Shown in pieces: positions 39,535-46,320 of a stretch of 46,320 nucleotides of DNA. The stretch lies in the IMG/VR virus record IMGVR_UViG_3300045988_108118, one strand, 5' to 3'. The notes under the pieces were generated by a model that saw only the letters and a program-made list of their open reading frames with translations, had not been told where the DNA came from and searched no databases. The stretch is from a virus. Position 1 is the stretch's first letter. Every line of letters begins with the position of its first letter. Both the position numbers and the translations under genes were made by a program.

Positions 39535-39879
39535 TCACCTGCGCTTTAGACCAATTCGGACTTGGTTGATGCTATCTGCAACACGGTCGACAACCAGATT
39601 CGGCTTACCGTCACTGGGTTTCTTATTGTGCCAGATAAGAGTTTTGCCCTCTGTGAATTGCAGAGGTTCATACTCTTTAGCTGTGACAATAATCACGAAG
39701 TTGTAGTTAGCCCAAATGCCGTTTTCCGTGCCGTAGGCATAGCCAGTAGGAGCGGAAATGTTGACCATTACAGATACAGGCTCGGAGTATTCGTATACAT
39801 CGTTGCCCGTTTCATCCTCACCCACAACAGTAGGGTTGGAGAACCAAATCTCTCGCTTGTTTCGTTCAAGACTTCGCAT
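39535..39879 (-). CDS. Head closure / head-tail joining protein.
   Basis: Size (114 aa) and position. Confidence 0.7.
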   Translation of the reverse strand: MRSLERNKREIWFSNPTVVGEDETGNDVYEYSEPVSVMVNISAPTGYAYGTENGIWANYNFVIIVTAKEYEPLQFTEGKTLIWHNKKPSDGKPNLVVDRVADSINQVRIGLKRR

Positions 39880-40219
39880 CGCTGCTCACCGCCTTGGGAA
39901 CGCCACAGAAAGGAACCACATTGCTAATGATGAAGTCCTCGATACTCTGATAAGTACGATTTACACCATTCTCGCCGTGTGAGGTTTCACCCTCTGCGCC
40001 ACGTTGGTTGTACATGCGTTCAGCAACTTCAACTTGGAGAAAACTGTACCGGGACGGCACATCTTCGTTGGTAGAACCGTAAGGATATACCGCCCGGACA
40101 ATCTTCTTACCAGATTGAGTGAGCAACAGAGTCAGGAGTTCATCTTCGTCTGTGTCATCAATGCCGAGCATGATTTTCAGTTGTTGAAGTTTTTCTTCCA
40201 TAACTCTGTCCTCGCTCAT
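39866..40219 (-). CDS. gp6-like head-tail connector protein.
   Basis: LQQLKIMLGIDDTDEDELLTLLLTQSGKKIV. Confidence 0.8.
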   Translation of the reverse strand: MSEDRVMEEKLQQLKIMLGIDDTDEDELLTLLLTQSGKKIVRAVYPYGSTNEDVPSRYSFLQVEVAERMYNQRGAEGETSHGENGVNRTYQSIEDFIISNVVPFCGVPKAVSSDAKS

Positions 40220-40235
40220 TTAACTTTGGCTTAGA

Positions 40236-41258
40236 TTAGCCGTTGGAGACAATCTTGGCCAGCTTGATGTTCTTAGCATCCCAGACCTTAGTCCAGTTGG
40301 CCTTAGTGCCCAGCTCGACACGGGTCGGGGAGTTCTTGGCAATCTTGCTGACATCCAGAGACATGCCCAGCGGGTGCATAGCCATGCCCCACTTGGTGTA
40401 CAGCTTGTTCACGCCGCCCTTGGACTCAGGGTCGTAATCGACGTAGTTGGGACGGTCGATGCGGACGTTCCGAGCGGTAGCGATAGCACCCTCACCCAGC
40501 AGGTAGGTGGTGTAAGTTGCAACGCCATCCTTTTTGCCAGTAGTCAGGCTGTCATCGACCATAACCAGATACTTGTTCAACAGCAGGCCAAACTGAACGC
40601 CACGGCTGTAAGCATCAGGTGTGGTAGCGATGTTGTTGACCAGTTGCAGTTTCAGCAGGTTCGTGTACACACGAGAGTGCATAGCAACCATGGTCAGGTC
40701 ATCGAAGTTGTCGCCCAGAGCTTCCTGCGCAGCATCGAGGAAAGTGTCGGCAGACAGACGGTTCTCTGCGGTGGGAGTAGCAGAAGTGCCAGCGCCCTTG
40801 TCGGCGGTGATGTCCTTGACGTGGCTGGACATAGCGTCAACAGTCAGAACGCCATCAATGACAGACAGAAGGTCTTTCTGGTTGTTCTTTTGCTGGTAGT
40901 AAGCGACCTTACGAGCAACATCGCCCAGAGGGTCAGCGCCGGTCAGCTCACGAGTGAAGTCTTGGTCTTTCCAAGCGGCCATACGGCGGAAAGCCATGCC
41001 GGTCTGCTTGGCGGCAGCGACTTCAACAGGGGTGTTGTCGGTCTCGCCATCGTAGTTCTTGGCATCGCCAGTCAGGGGGGTGTAGTTGGGGACGGTAAAC
41101 ACGTTGTTCTTGTCGGTCAGCACAGCGCTGATTTCGGGAGCAACGCGCAGAACGCCAGAATTGATAATCGAGGTGTGTACGGGGTCTGCTTCTTGGATGT
41201 AATCAGTGAAAACATCGGGGTCGAAGTAGAAACCACCAAAAGTGCCAGTTACAGCCAT
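40236..41258 (-). CDS. Major capsid protein.
   Basis: 340 aa, downstream of the scaffold gene, with high-expression-type codon usage. Assigned by position. Confidence 0.85.
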   Translation of the reverse strand: MAVTGTFGGFYFDPDVFTDYIQEADPVHTSIINSGVLRVAPEISAVLTDKNNVFTVPNYTPLTGDAKNYDGETDNTPVEVAAAKQTGMAFRRMAAWKDQDFTRELTGADPLGDVARKVAYYQQKNNQKDLLSVIDGVLTVDAMSSHVKDITADKGAGTSATPTAENRLSADTFLDAAQEALGDNFDDLTMVAMHSRVYTNLLKLQLVNNIATTPDAYSRGVQFGLLLNKYLVMVDDSLTTGKKDGVATYTTYLLGEGAIATARNVRIDRPNYVDYDPESKGGVNKLYTKWGMAMHPLGMSLDVSKIAKNSPTRVELGTKANWTKVWDAKNIKLAKIVSNG

Positions 41259-41285
41259 TGTTTGATTCCTCTCTTTAACTTAGAT

Positions 41286-41864
41286 TTAGAAGTGTTTCGC
41301 CAATTTAGCGGATTCGGCCTTGTACAGTTCGGGATTCTTCTGTTTCAGCTCCATCCGTTCTTGCATAGTCATCTTGGAAAACTCTTTGTTGGCAGGAGCA
41401 TTACCGTCAGAGGGCTGCTTCATACCTTGCATGAGTTCTTGGCGAATTGCGGTCGCAATCGCTTCTTTCTCCGCGTTGTAAGTATCGATGATGGTCTGTG
41501 CGCCAGCCATAGCATCTTCATCTTCCATGTCGGAGAACTTGTCAATGAGTTTCGCATAGCCGTCAGACTTAATACCGCTTTTTGCCAAAGCAGATTCAAT
41601 CTTGCTCTTGCGGCGGTCTTTCATCAGTGCGGCGTTCTGCGCCTTGATAGCGGCAATGTCTGCCGCTTGCTTCTCTGCATCGGTCATCTGGTGCTGCTTC
41701 AACTGGTCAAGTTCAGAAACAGCGTTCTGATATTTGCCAGCGCTCACATATTCGCCAGTTCCGAGGTCAGCCAGCTTAATGCCTTTTGCTTGAAGTGCTG
41801 CGTCCAATTGTTCTTTAGTCATGCTTTCGGCATCACCAAAGATTGTGCCAAAATCAAATGCCAT
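41286..41864 (-). CDS. Scaffolding protein.
   Basis: ATG at 41864 follows AAAGGA. Helical and charged, with Q/K/E-rich coiled coil, lying between portal and capsid genes. Confidence 0.8.
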   Translation of the reverse strand: MAFDFGTIFGDAESMTKEQLDAALQAKGIKLADLGTGEYVSAGKYQNAVSELDQLKQHQMTDAEKQAADIAAIKAQNAALMKDRRKSKIESALAKSGIKSDGYAKLIDKFSDMEDEDAMAGAQTIIDTYNAEKEAIATAIRQELMQGMKQPSDGNAPANKEFSKMTMQERMELKQKNPELYKAESAKLAKHF

Positions 41865-41959
41865 AGTAGTTTTCCTTTCCACTGTTTAAACGTGTTGTGA
41901 ATCCACAGTCTCTTGCAGTTAAGCGCCAGCAAGATAGGCGAAATCTATCTAAAATCGGA

Positions 41960-43654
41960 TTACTCCGACTTAGCCTTGTTGATTGCGTCATTCTGGGCGT
42001 TATTATCGCCCTTAGTTGTAGTGTCGCTAGCTTTAGCGTCACGCTGCGCGTTCTTTGCATCGTCGGCATCCTGCGGCTTATTCGTCTTATCGCTTGTACC
42101 GTCAGGATTATTCGACTCTTGAAGCTGTTCGGGTTGAGGTTGAGGTTTCCACTTCTCAATCATGAAATCCTCGCTCATATTGAACAGGTTTTCCGGGTCA
42201 CTTGTGATGTCGCTAAGAGAAATAGCGCCGAGCGGATGAATGCCAGCTTGCAGCAGGTTAAGCAGGACTTGGCTCTTATTCAGCAAGTTGTCGGTACGAT
42301 TACGAGTGAACTTGATGTCAATGTCAGACGTTTCAAGACCTGTAACCTTGTACTTAGGGAACGCTTGCAGAATTTTGAGCATGACCAAAATGGTTTCACG
42401 CTCGCTCTTGAAGAACATCTTCTCGAAGCTAAGAGCGCGGCTCTCTGCGTTCGTCCAACCTTGACCAATGATAAGTGCTTGACCTGTATTGCCACCGGCA
42501 GAAGCGCGTCTATCAGGTACACCAGCGATTGCAAGAACCTTGTTGTACAAATCCTCAACCAGAGTTTGCGTCTGGTCTTGATTCAACTCGCTGGTAATAA
42601 TGTCAACGTCAGCTTGATACTGACCATTTGACTGAACCTTGATAGCGCCGAGTTCTTTCATCGCAGTGAAAGTTTCCTCGTCAATGTCGCAGTTAATGAA
42701 CTTGATGAAGCTCTGAACAAATTGCTGAACACCATCTACACGGTCGGAAGCCATCTCATTGAGAGCGTCAAGGAGTTCGATAACAGGCTCAAAAGAACCC
42801 AATCTGGAAGTGTTAGCGTCGTATTCAACAATCGGGTTAATCCCCATAGGATTTGGCGTAACTTCAAATTGGGTTGTTCCGCTTACAACAATGTCCATCC
42901 AAGACGTGGCTTGGTCGCTATCATCGGCGACAGGCATCGAATACGGCAGAGAGGCCGTGAACACGTTGTCATCGGTGTAGGCAATAATGTCAACCGTATC
43001 GGTCAGACCAACACCGTGCTTTCTGTGATAAGTGCAACTTAGCAGCTTCGAGTGTTCCATATTCGTGCTGTACACGCAGAAAGTGTTTCGCGGGTCAAGC
43101 ACAGAAGTATGAAACGGCGGTGCAGACTTCTCTTTACGCTTCGCAGCGTAAGCAGTCAGCGGGAAAGTCGCTTTAAAGCCAATACCGCACTCAAAAATCC
43201 AATCAGCGAGTTCGCGGTCAGTGTTAGGCTTGTCATCGTTCAAGCACAAAGTATTTAAACGATTGACTTTATCCTCACCATTGCGTTTGCGCGGCTTGGG
43301 AGCCATTTCTGCGGCCTTTTGAGCGTCAAGCGTATCAGGTGTAGCCTGTTCGCTATCGTCGTTCTCAGAGCGTGCTACATAGGTTACAGGAGAGCCAAAG
43401 CAATAGCCGGTTTTGAACTCGACAATCTCATAAGCATGGTTTTCAACAATTTTATTGTTGATTTCCGGGCGTACATCCTTGGTGCGATTCAGCACGGGTT
43501 GAATACCCTTTGCATAATTATGCAGATAGTCAATGTCCTCTGCGTTTTGCAGGTGAACCGGGATTGCATCAGCAAGAATCCGAGCGACGACAATCGCATC
43601 TAAATCTTCTGGTTCGTAAGACGAATAGATTTTTTTTCGACCTTTGTTAAGCAT
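41960..43654 (-). CDS. Portal protein (SPP1 gp6-like).
   Basis: ATG at 43654 follows GGGGGTG. NNKIVENHAYEIVEFKTGYCFGSPVTY. The ORF-track start at 43756 runs into the promoter region. Confidence 0.9.
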   Translation of the reverse strand: MLNKGRKKIYSSYEPEDLDAIVVARILADAIPVHLQNAEDIDYLHNYAKGIQPVLNRTKDVRPEINNKIVENHAYEIVEFKTGYCFGSPVTYVARSENDDSEQATPDTLDAQKAAEMAPKPRKRNGEDKVNRLNTLCLNDDKPNTDRELADWIFECGIGFKATFPLTAYAAKRKEKSAPPFHTSVLDPRNTFCVYSTNMEHSKLLSCTYHRKHGVGLTDTVDIIAYTDDNVFTASLPYSMPVADDSDQATSWMDIVVSGTTQFEVTPNPMGINPIVEYDANTSRLGSFEPVIELLDALNEMASDRVDGVQQFVQSFIKFINCDIDEETFTAMKELGAIKVQSNGQYQADVDIITSELNQDQTQTLVEDLYNKVLAIAGVPDRRASAGGNTGQALIIGQGWTNAESRALSFEKMFFKSERETILVMLKILQAFPKYKVTGLETSDIDIKFTRNRTDNLLNKSQVLLNLLQAGIHPLGAISLSDITSDPENLFNMSEDFMIEKWKPQPQPEQLQESNNPDGTSDKTNKPQDADDAKNAQRDAKASDTTTKGDNNAQNDAINKAKSE

Positions 43655-43681
43655 TAGTTCACCCCCGGTTTGCTTGATTCC

Positions 43682-43712
43682 ATAATAAAAGAAAAATGTT
43701 ACCAAGGTAACA
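43682..43712 (-). promoter_or_regulatory. Candidate late promoter with a weak -35 overlapped by a 16-nt perfect palindrome.
   Basis: On the minus strand: TTACCT, 17-nt spacer, TATTAT (43682-43687). Palindrome TGTTACCAAGGTAACA at 43697-43712. Confidence 0.4.
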
Positions 43713-43737
43713 GATTTGCGTTGAGTTGATTTCGCGC

Positions 43738-43766
43738 TTGCAAAAGTTGCGCTCAACTGGTATAAT
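43738..43766 (+). promoter_or_regulatory. Promoter for the HTH/TerL block.
   Basis: TTGCAA, 17-nt spacer, TGgTATAAT. Confidence 0.75.
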
Positions 43767-43801
43767 TAACTCGTAATTAAACCACGAAAGGGGTTTACAA
43801 A

Positions 43802-44065
43802 ATGGAATTTAAGCCACTCACAGCCAAAGAACTTGAATTTCTGGGCTATGGCTCACACACTACAATCAGCAAATACGTCGCCATGGGGATGCCAAGACAC
43901 GGCGTAAGAGGGCGGTACTGGTTCATTGAAGAAGAAGTACGCAACTGGATTCTATGCCGTGGAGAACCGATTTACATTGCTTGCCCGTGCTGCGGGAAAA
44001 TGATTAAAGTGCCGAAAGAGGTGATTCTAAATGCTAAACACTCCGAAGATGGCGAGAACGCCTGA
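43802..44065 (+). CDS. Excisionase/MerR-type HTH plus zinc-ribbon protein; candidate small terminase or regulator.
   Basis: LTAKELEFLGYGSHTTISKYVAMGMP....YWFIEEEVRNWI; CPCCGK. Confidence 0.7.
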   Translation: MEFKPLTAKELEFLGYGSHTTISKYVAMGMPRHGVRGRYWFIEEEVRNWILCRGEPIYIACPCCGKMIKVPKEVILNAKHSEDGENA

Positions 44066-45749
44066 GCAGGCAGAAGCCAAAGTCAGAATTATGAAGTTCA
44101 ACAAGCTGGTTCGAGACAATCCGACAGATGTTAAACTCGTAGAAGCAGCGCTCTCCGCTTGCGCAAATGCAACCGCAAACGATGACGGGACGTTTAACAC
44201 AACAGGAGAGGATAACGAATTTGCGTTTAAATCAGCGATGAATCTGTACAACGTCTGCCTTTGGAACATCGCAAACACGAGAAATCTGGATGAAAAGAGA
44301 AAGTGGGTCGCTCTGGCAAAGAGTTCTCTGCTGTATTTGGCTCACAAGTATTTTGATTCGTTCATGCTTTACTTGGAGTTCGACCGTAGGCCAGACAAGA
44401 GATTCTACGCTCCGCGACGGAAACAGTTGAAGCGCATTGTTGACGGTTTCCAAGATGTGGCTGACGGAAAGATTGACCTATTGACAGTTAGCCAGCCGAA
44501 GCGTACCGGCAAGACTACCCTTGGCCTAATGTTCGTTATTTGGAGAGCGGGGCTACTACCTGATAAGTCGTGCTTGCTGGCTGGCCGTGGAGATTCTCTG
44601 GTAAAGTCGTTCTATGATGAATGTCTTAACATCATGCAAGACAAAGCAACTTACAACTATTGGGATGTTTTTCCGGGCTGCACGATTGCAAATACCAACG
44701 CAGACCAAAAAACTATTGACCTTAACTCAAAAAAGCGTTTTAGTAGCATCGTATGCAAGTCACTTAGCGGACAAATGACCGGCGTCGTCGAGGCTTCTAA
44801 TATTCTATATATTGATGACCCCGTTCAAGACCAGCTTGAAGCGAGAAATATTGAACGTTTAAACACTCTTTGGGCTTCTGTCTCTGATGACTGTATGGGT
44901 CGCCGCAAAGAGGGAGTGCCAATTATTGCGCAGGGAACTCGATTCAGTATCAATGACCCGATTGGTAGGCTTCAATCAATTGCACCGCAGATGGGGTGGA
45001 GAGTTCGCATTGTAGAAGTGCCAGCACTTGACCCCGTTACCGATGAAAGCAATTTCCATTATAAGTACGGATTGGGGTTTAGCACCGAATATTATCGAAA
45101 CGAACGGAAAATGCTTGCTGATATTCAGTGGCAAAGTGAATATCAACAGCGACCAATTGAGGAACGCGGTACGGTGTTCAGCCGAAACGATTTACAGTAT
45201 TACGACAAACTACCAGATTTGGAGTGGGATGCTATTCTTGCGGTAACAGACCCGTCCGAGGGTAAAGGCGATAATACCTGCATGATAGTTGCTTTCGTAT
45301 CTGGAACGGAAGCCTACATCGAGGACGTTGTGTTCTCAAATGCCCTGCCGGAATATAATGCGCCTAAGTGCGGAATTATGTGCGTTAAGTATGGAGTTAA
45401 GATTTGTCAAATCGAATCTAACGCTAACGGTTTACTATTCGCTGAAAAGGTCGAGACTCAAATTAAAGCCATGAACGGTAGAACCAGCGTAAGAACGAAA
45501 CGCACAACAGCTAACAAGGAAACAAAGATTATTGTTGCATCCGACAATATTCGTAACCATTTCTGGTTCAAGAATCCTAACTACTTAGACCCGGCAAGCG
45601 AATACGCACAATATCTCAGAAATTTGTGGTCTTACAGCCAAGTTTCCAAAAATCTGACCGATGACGGCCCGGACTGTACCGCCATGATGGAGAACATGAT
45701 AGGAACACTGACAGCAAGTAAAGTGACCGCCTTTAAAAGACCGTTTTGA
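44031..45749 (+). CDS. terL: Terminase large subunit.
   Basis: Walker A-like QPKRTGKTT, Walker B ILYIDDP, C-terminal nuclease-type region AVTDPSEGKGDN...; RBS GAGGTG. Confidence 0.9.
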   Translation: MLNTPKMARTPEQAEAKVRIMKFNKLVRDNPTDVKLVEAALSACANATANDDGTFNTTGEDNEFAFKSAMNLYNVCLWNIANTRNLDEKRKWVALAKSSLLYLAHKYFDSFMLYLEFDRRPDKRFYAPRRKQLKRIVDGFQDVADGKIDLLTVSQPKRTGKTTLGLMFVIWRAGLLPDKSCLLAGRGDSLVKSFYDECLNIMQDKATYNYWDVFPGCTIANTNADQKTIDLNSKKRFSSIVCKSLSGQMTGVVEASNILYIDDPVQDQLEARNIERLNTLWASVSDDCMGRRKEGVPIIAQGTRFSINDPIGRLQSIAPQMGWRVRIVEVPALDPVTDESNFHYKYGLGFSTEYYRNERKMLADIQWQSEYQQRPIEERGTVFSRNDLQYYDKLPDLEWDAILAVTDPSEGKGDNTCMIVAFVSGTEAYIEDVVFSNALPEYNAPKCGIMCVKYGVKICQIESNANGLLFAEKVETQIKAMNGRTSVRTKRTTANKETKIIVASDNIRNHFWFKNPNYLDPASEYAQYLRNLWSYSQVSKNLTDDGPDCTAMMENMIGTLTASKVTAFKRPF

Positions 45750-45752
45750 TGG

Positions 45753-45781
45753 TTGACTTTTGCAGCAAAATGTGCTATCAT
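45753..45781 (+). promoter_or_regulatory. Promoter for the wrap-around wHTH gene.
   Basis: TTGACT (45753-45758), 17-nt spacer, TATCAT (45776-45781). Confidence 0.75.
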
Positions 45782-45790
45782 ACTGGTATA

Positions 45791-45897
45791 GGTTCTATTA
45801 GGAAGTTGCGGGCCGGATAGACCCGAAAACTGAATAGAGCCTAACAAGAACAGCTATCAAGATGTAACCGCAACTACGTCTTGGTGGCTGTTTTTGT
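45791..45897 (+). promoter_or_regulatory. Structured leader: hairpin 1 followed by a 16-bp terminator hairpin with a U-tract, copy 2.
   Basis: GGTTCTATT/AATAGAGCC (45791-99 and 45833-41). Stem 45849-45864 pairs with 45877-45892. U-tract at 45891-45895. Loop 7-mer CCGCAAC is complementary to GTTGCGG at 45805-11. Confidence 0.6.
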
Positions 45898-45919
45898 TAT
45901 CAAATGGAGATGTATAACA

Positions 45920-46320
45920 ATGATTATGCGCACCGAGAAAAACAAAAATTACACAGTGATGGGCAACTATCATCTGCGGGACAAAGAATTGTCTCTAAAA
46001 GCCAAGGGATTGTTGTCTATTATGTTGAGTTTGCCTGACGGCTGGAACTTCTCAACACAGGGGCTTACTACGCTTTCAAGTGACGGAGAGACAGCAATTC
46101 GGTCTACACTCAAAGAATTGGAGCAAAAAGGCTACCTAAAGCGCAATAAAGTACGTATTAACGGTAAAATTGTTGATTGGGAGTATGTTGTCTACGAGCA
46201 AAAACATCCATGTGTTCCAGTTGATGAAAGTCCAGTTGATGAAAACGTACATGTGAATAATCGCACCCAATTAAATACTAAAGAAATAAATACTAAAGAA
46301 ATAAATAATTTCTCAACATC
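45920..46320 (+). CDS. 5' part of the wHTH replication-initiator-like gene; continues at base 25 of the window.
   Basis: MIMRTEKNKNYTVMGNYHLRDKELSLKAKGLLSIMLSLPDGWNFSTQGLTTLSSDGETAIRSTLKELEQKGYLKR. The ORF is open to the window end. Confidence 0.8.
   Translation, partial: MIMRTEKNKNYTVMGNYHLRDKELSLKAKGLLSIMLSLPDGWNFSTQGLTTLSSDGETAIRSTLKELEQKGYLKRNKVRINGKIVDWEYVVYEQKHPCVPVDESPVDENVHVNNRTQLNTKEINTKEINNFST
46273..46302 (+). repeat. 15-nt x2 in-frame tandem duplication (NTKEI x2).
   Basis: aaatactaaagaaat is read twice, followed by a partial third copy. Confidence 0.9.

Noticed and set aside
40374-41900. 508-aa plus-strand ORF.
   Set aside because: It lies antisense to the major capsid and scaffold genes. 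The translation is low-complexity (V/L/S/G-rich), it has no RBS, and the minus-strand genes carry clear structural signatures. It is a shadow ORF.
41897-42631. 244-aa plus-strand ORF.
   Set aside because: It lies antisense to the portal gene and is a shadow ORF.
1-46320. Stop-codon reassignment or suppressor tRNA as the explanation for the in-frame TAA at 23557.
   Set aside because: All large genes (TerL, portal, TMP, DnaB, fibres) are uninterrupted in the standard code. The three tRNA anticodons are TTG, CAT and TGT, and none reads a stop codon.
1-46320. Lysogeny module, diversity-generating retroelement or retron.
   Set aside because: No integrase or recombinase, CI-like repressor or reverse-transcriptase motif (YxDD) was found in any frame of the ORF track.

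Overview
The window is a complete tailed dsDNA phage genome of about 46.3 kb. Bases 1-24 are identical to 46297-46320, and one gene runs across the junction, so the sequence closes as a circle or is circularly permuted. All large genes are intact in the standard genetic code.

The tail genes indicate a siphovirus-like virion: tape measure protein, G/GT tail chaperones with a -1 frameshift site, and a TP901-1-like major tail protein. A Bacillota/Clostridia-type host is likely. This is an inference from the BhlA-like, XkdX-like, SPOR-like and collagen-like fibre genes and from sigma-A-type promoters. I recognised no integrase or repressor, so the phage is probably not an integrating temperate phage.

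There are four transcription blocks:
1. Plus strand, 43.8 kb across the junction to 7.4 kb: an HTH/zinc-ribbon protein, TerL, a wHTH replication-initiator-like gene, dUTPase, a DUF3310 protein, an HNH-like endonuclease, ThyX, three tRNAs (Gln, Met, Thr) and small genes.
2. Minus strand, 22.46 kb down to 8.3 kb (early/replication): a Lar-like protein, a PD-(D/E)XK exonuclease, a putative annealing protein, SSB, DnaB with a G39P-like loader, a resolvase, a TerS-like protein and an AAA_5 ATPase with a partner gene.
3. Plus strand, 22.75-24.7 kb: a wHTH protein, an interrupted HicB-like gene and small membrane peptides.
4. Minus strand, 43.65 kb down to 24.7 kb (late): portal through capsid, tail, fibres, an M23 peptidase and a holin cassette.

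The most unusual features are non-coding:
- Two copies of a promoter-proximal leader RNA made of two hairpins, the second a terminator. The loop-loop complementarity covaries between the copies, and each copy sits in front of a wHTH gene.
- A phage-specific promoter class with a TTTGCAACA box and a GTTCCAAGGGAAC start-site palindrome.
- A 1-kb ORF-free region carrying two promoter-plus-terminator units that look like small RNAs.
- Regions with helically phased T-tracts, ACGATA iteron-like repeats and GCGATT heptamer repeats.
- A G9/C9 homopolymer inside a short upstream ORF that is coupled to a putative receptor-binding gene.

All functional calls come from reading motifs by eye. No database search was run.
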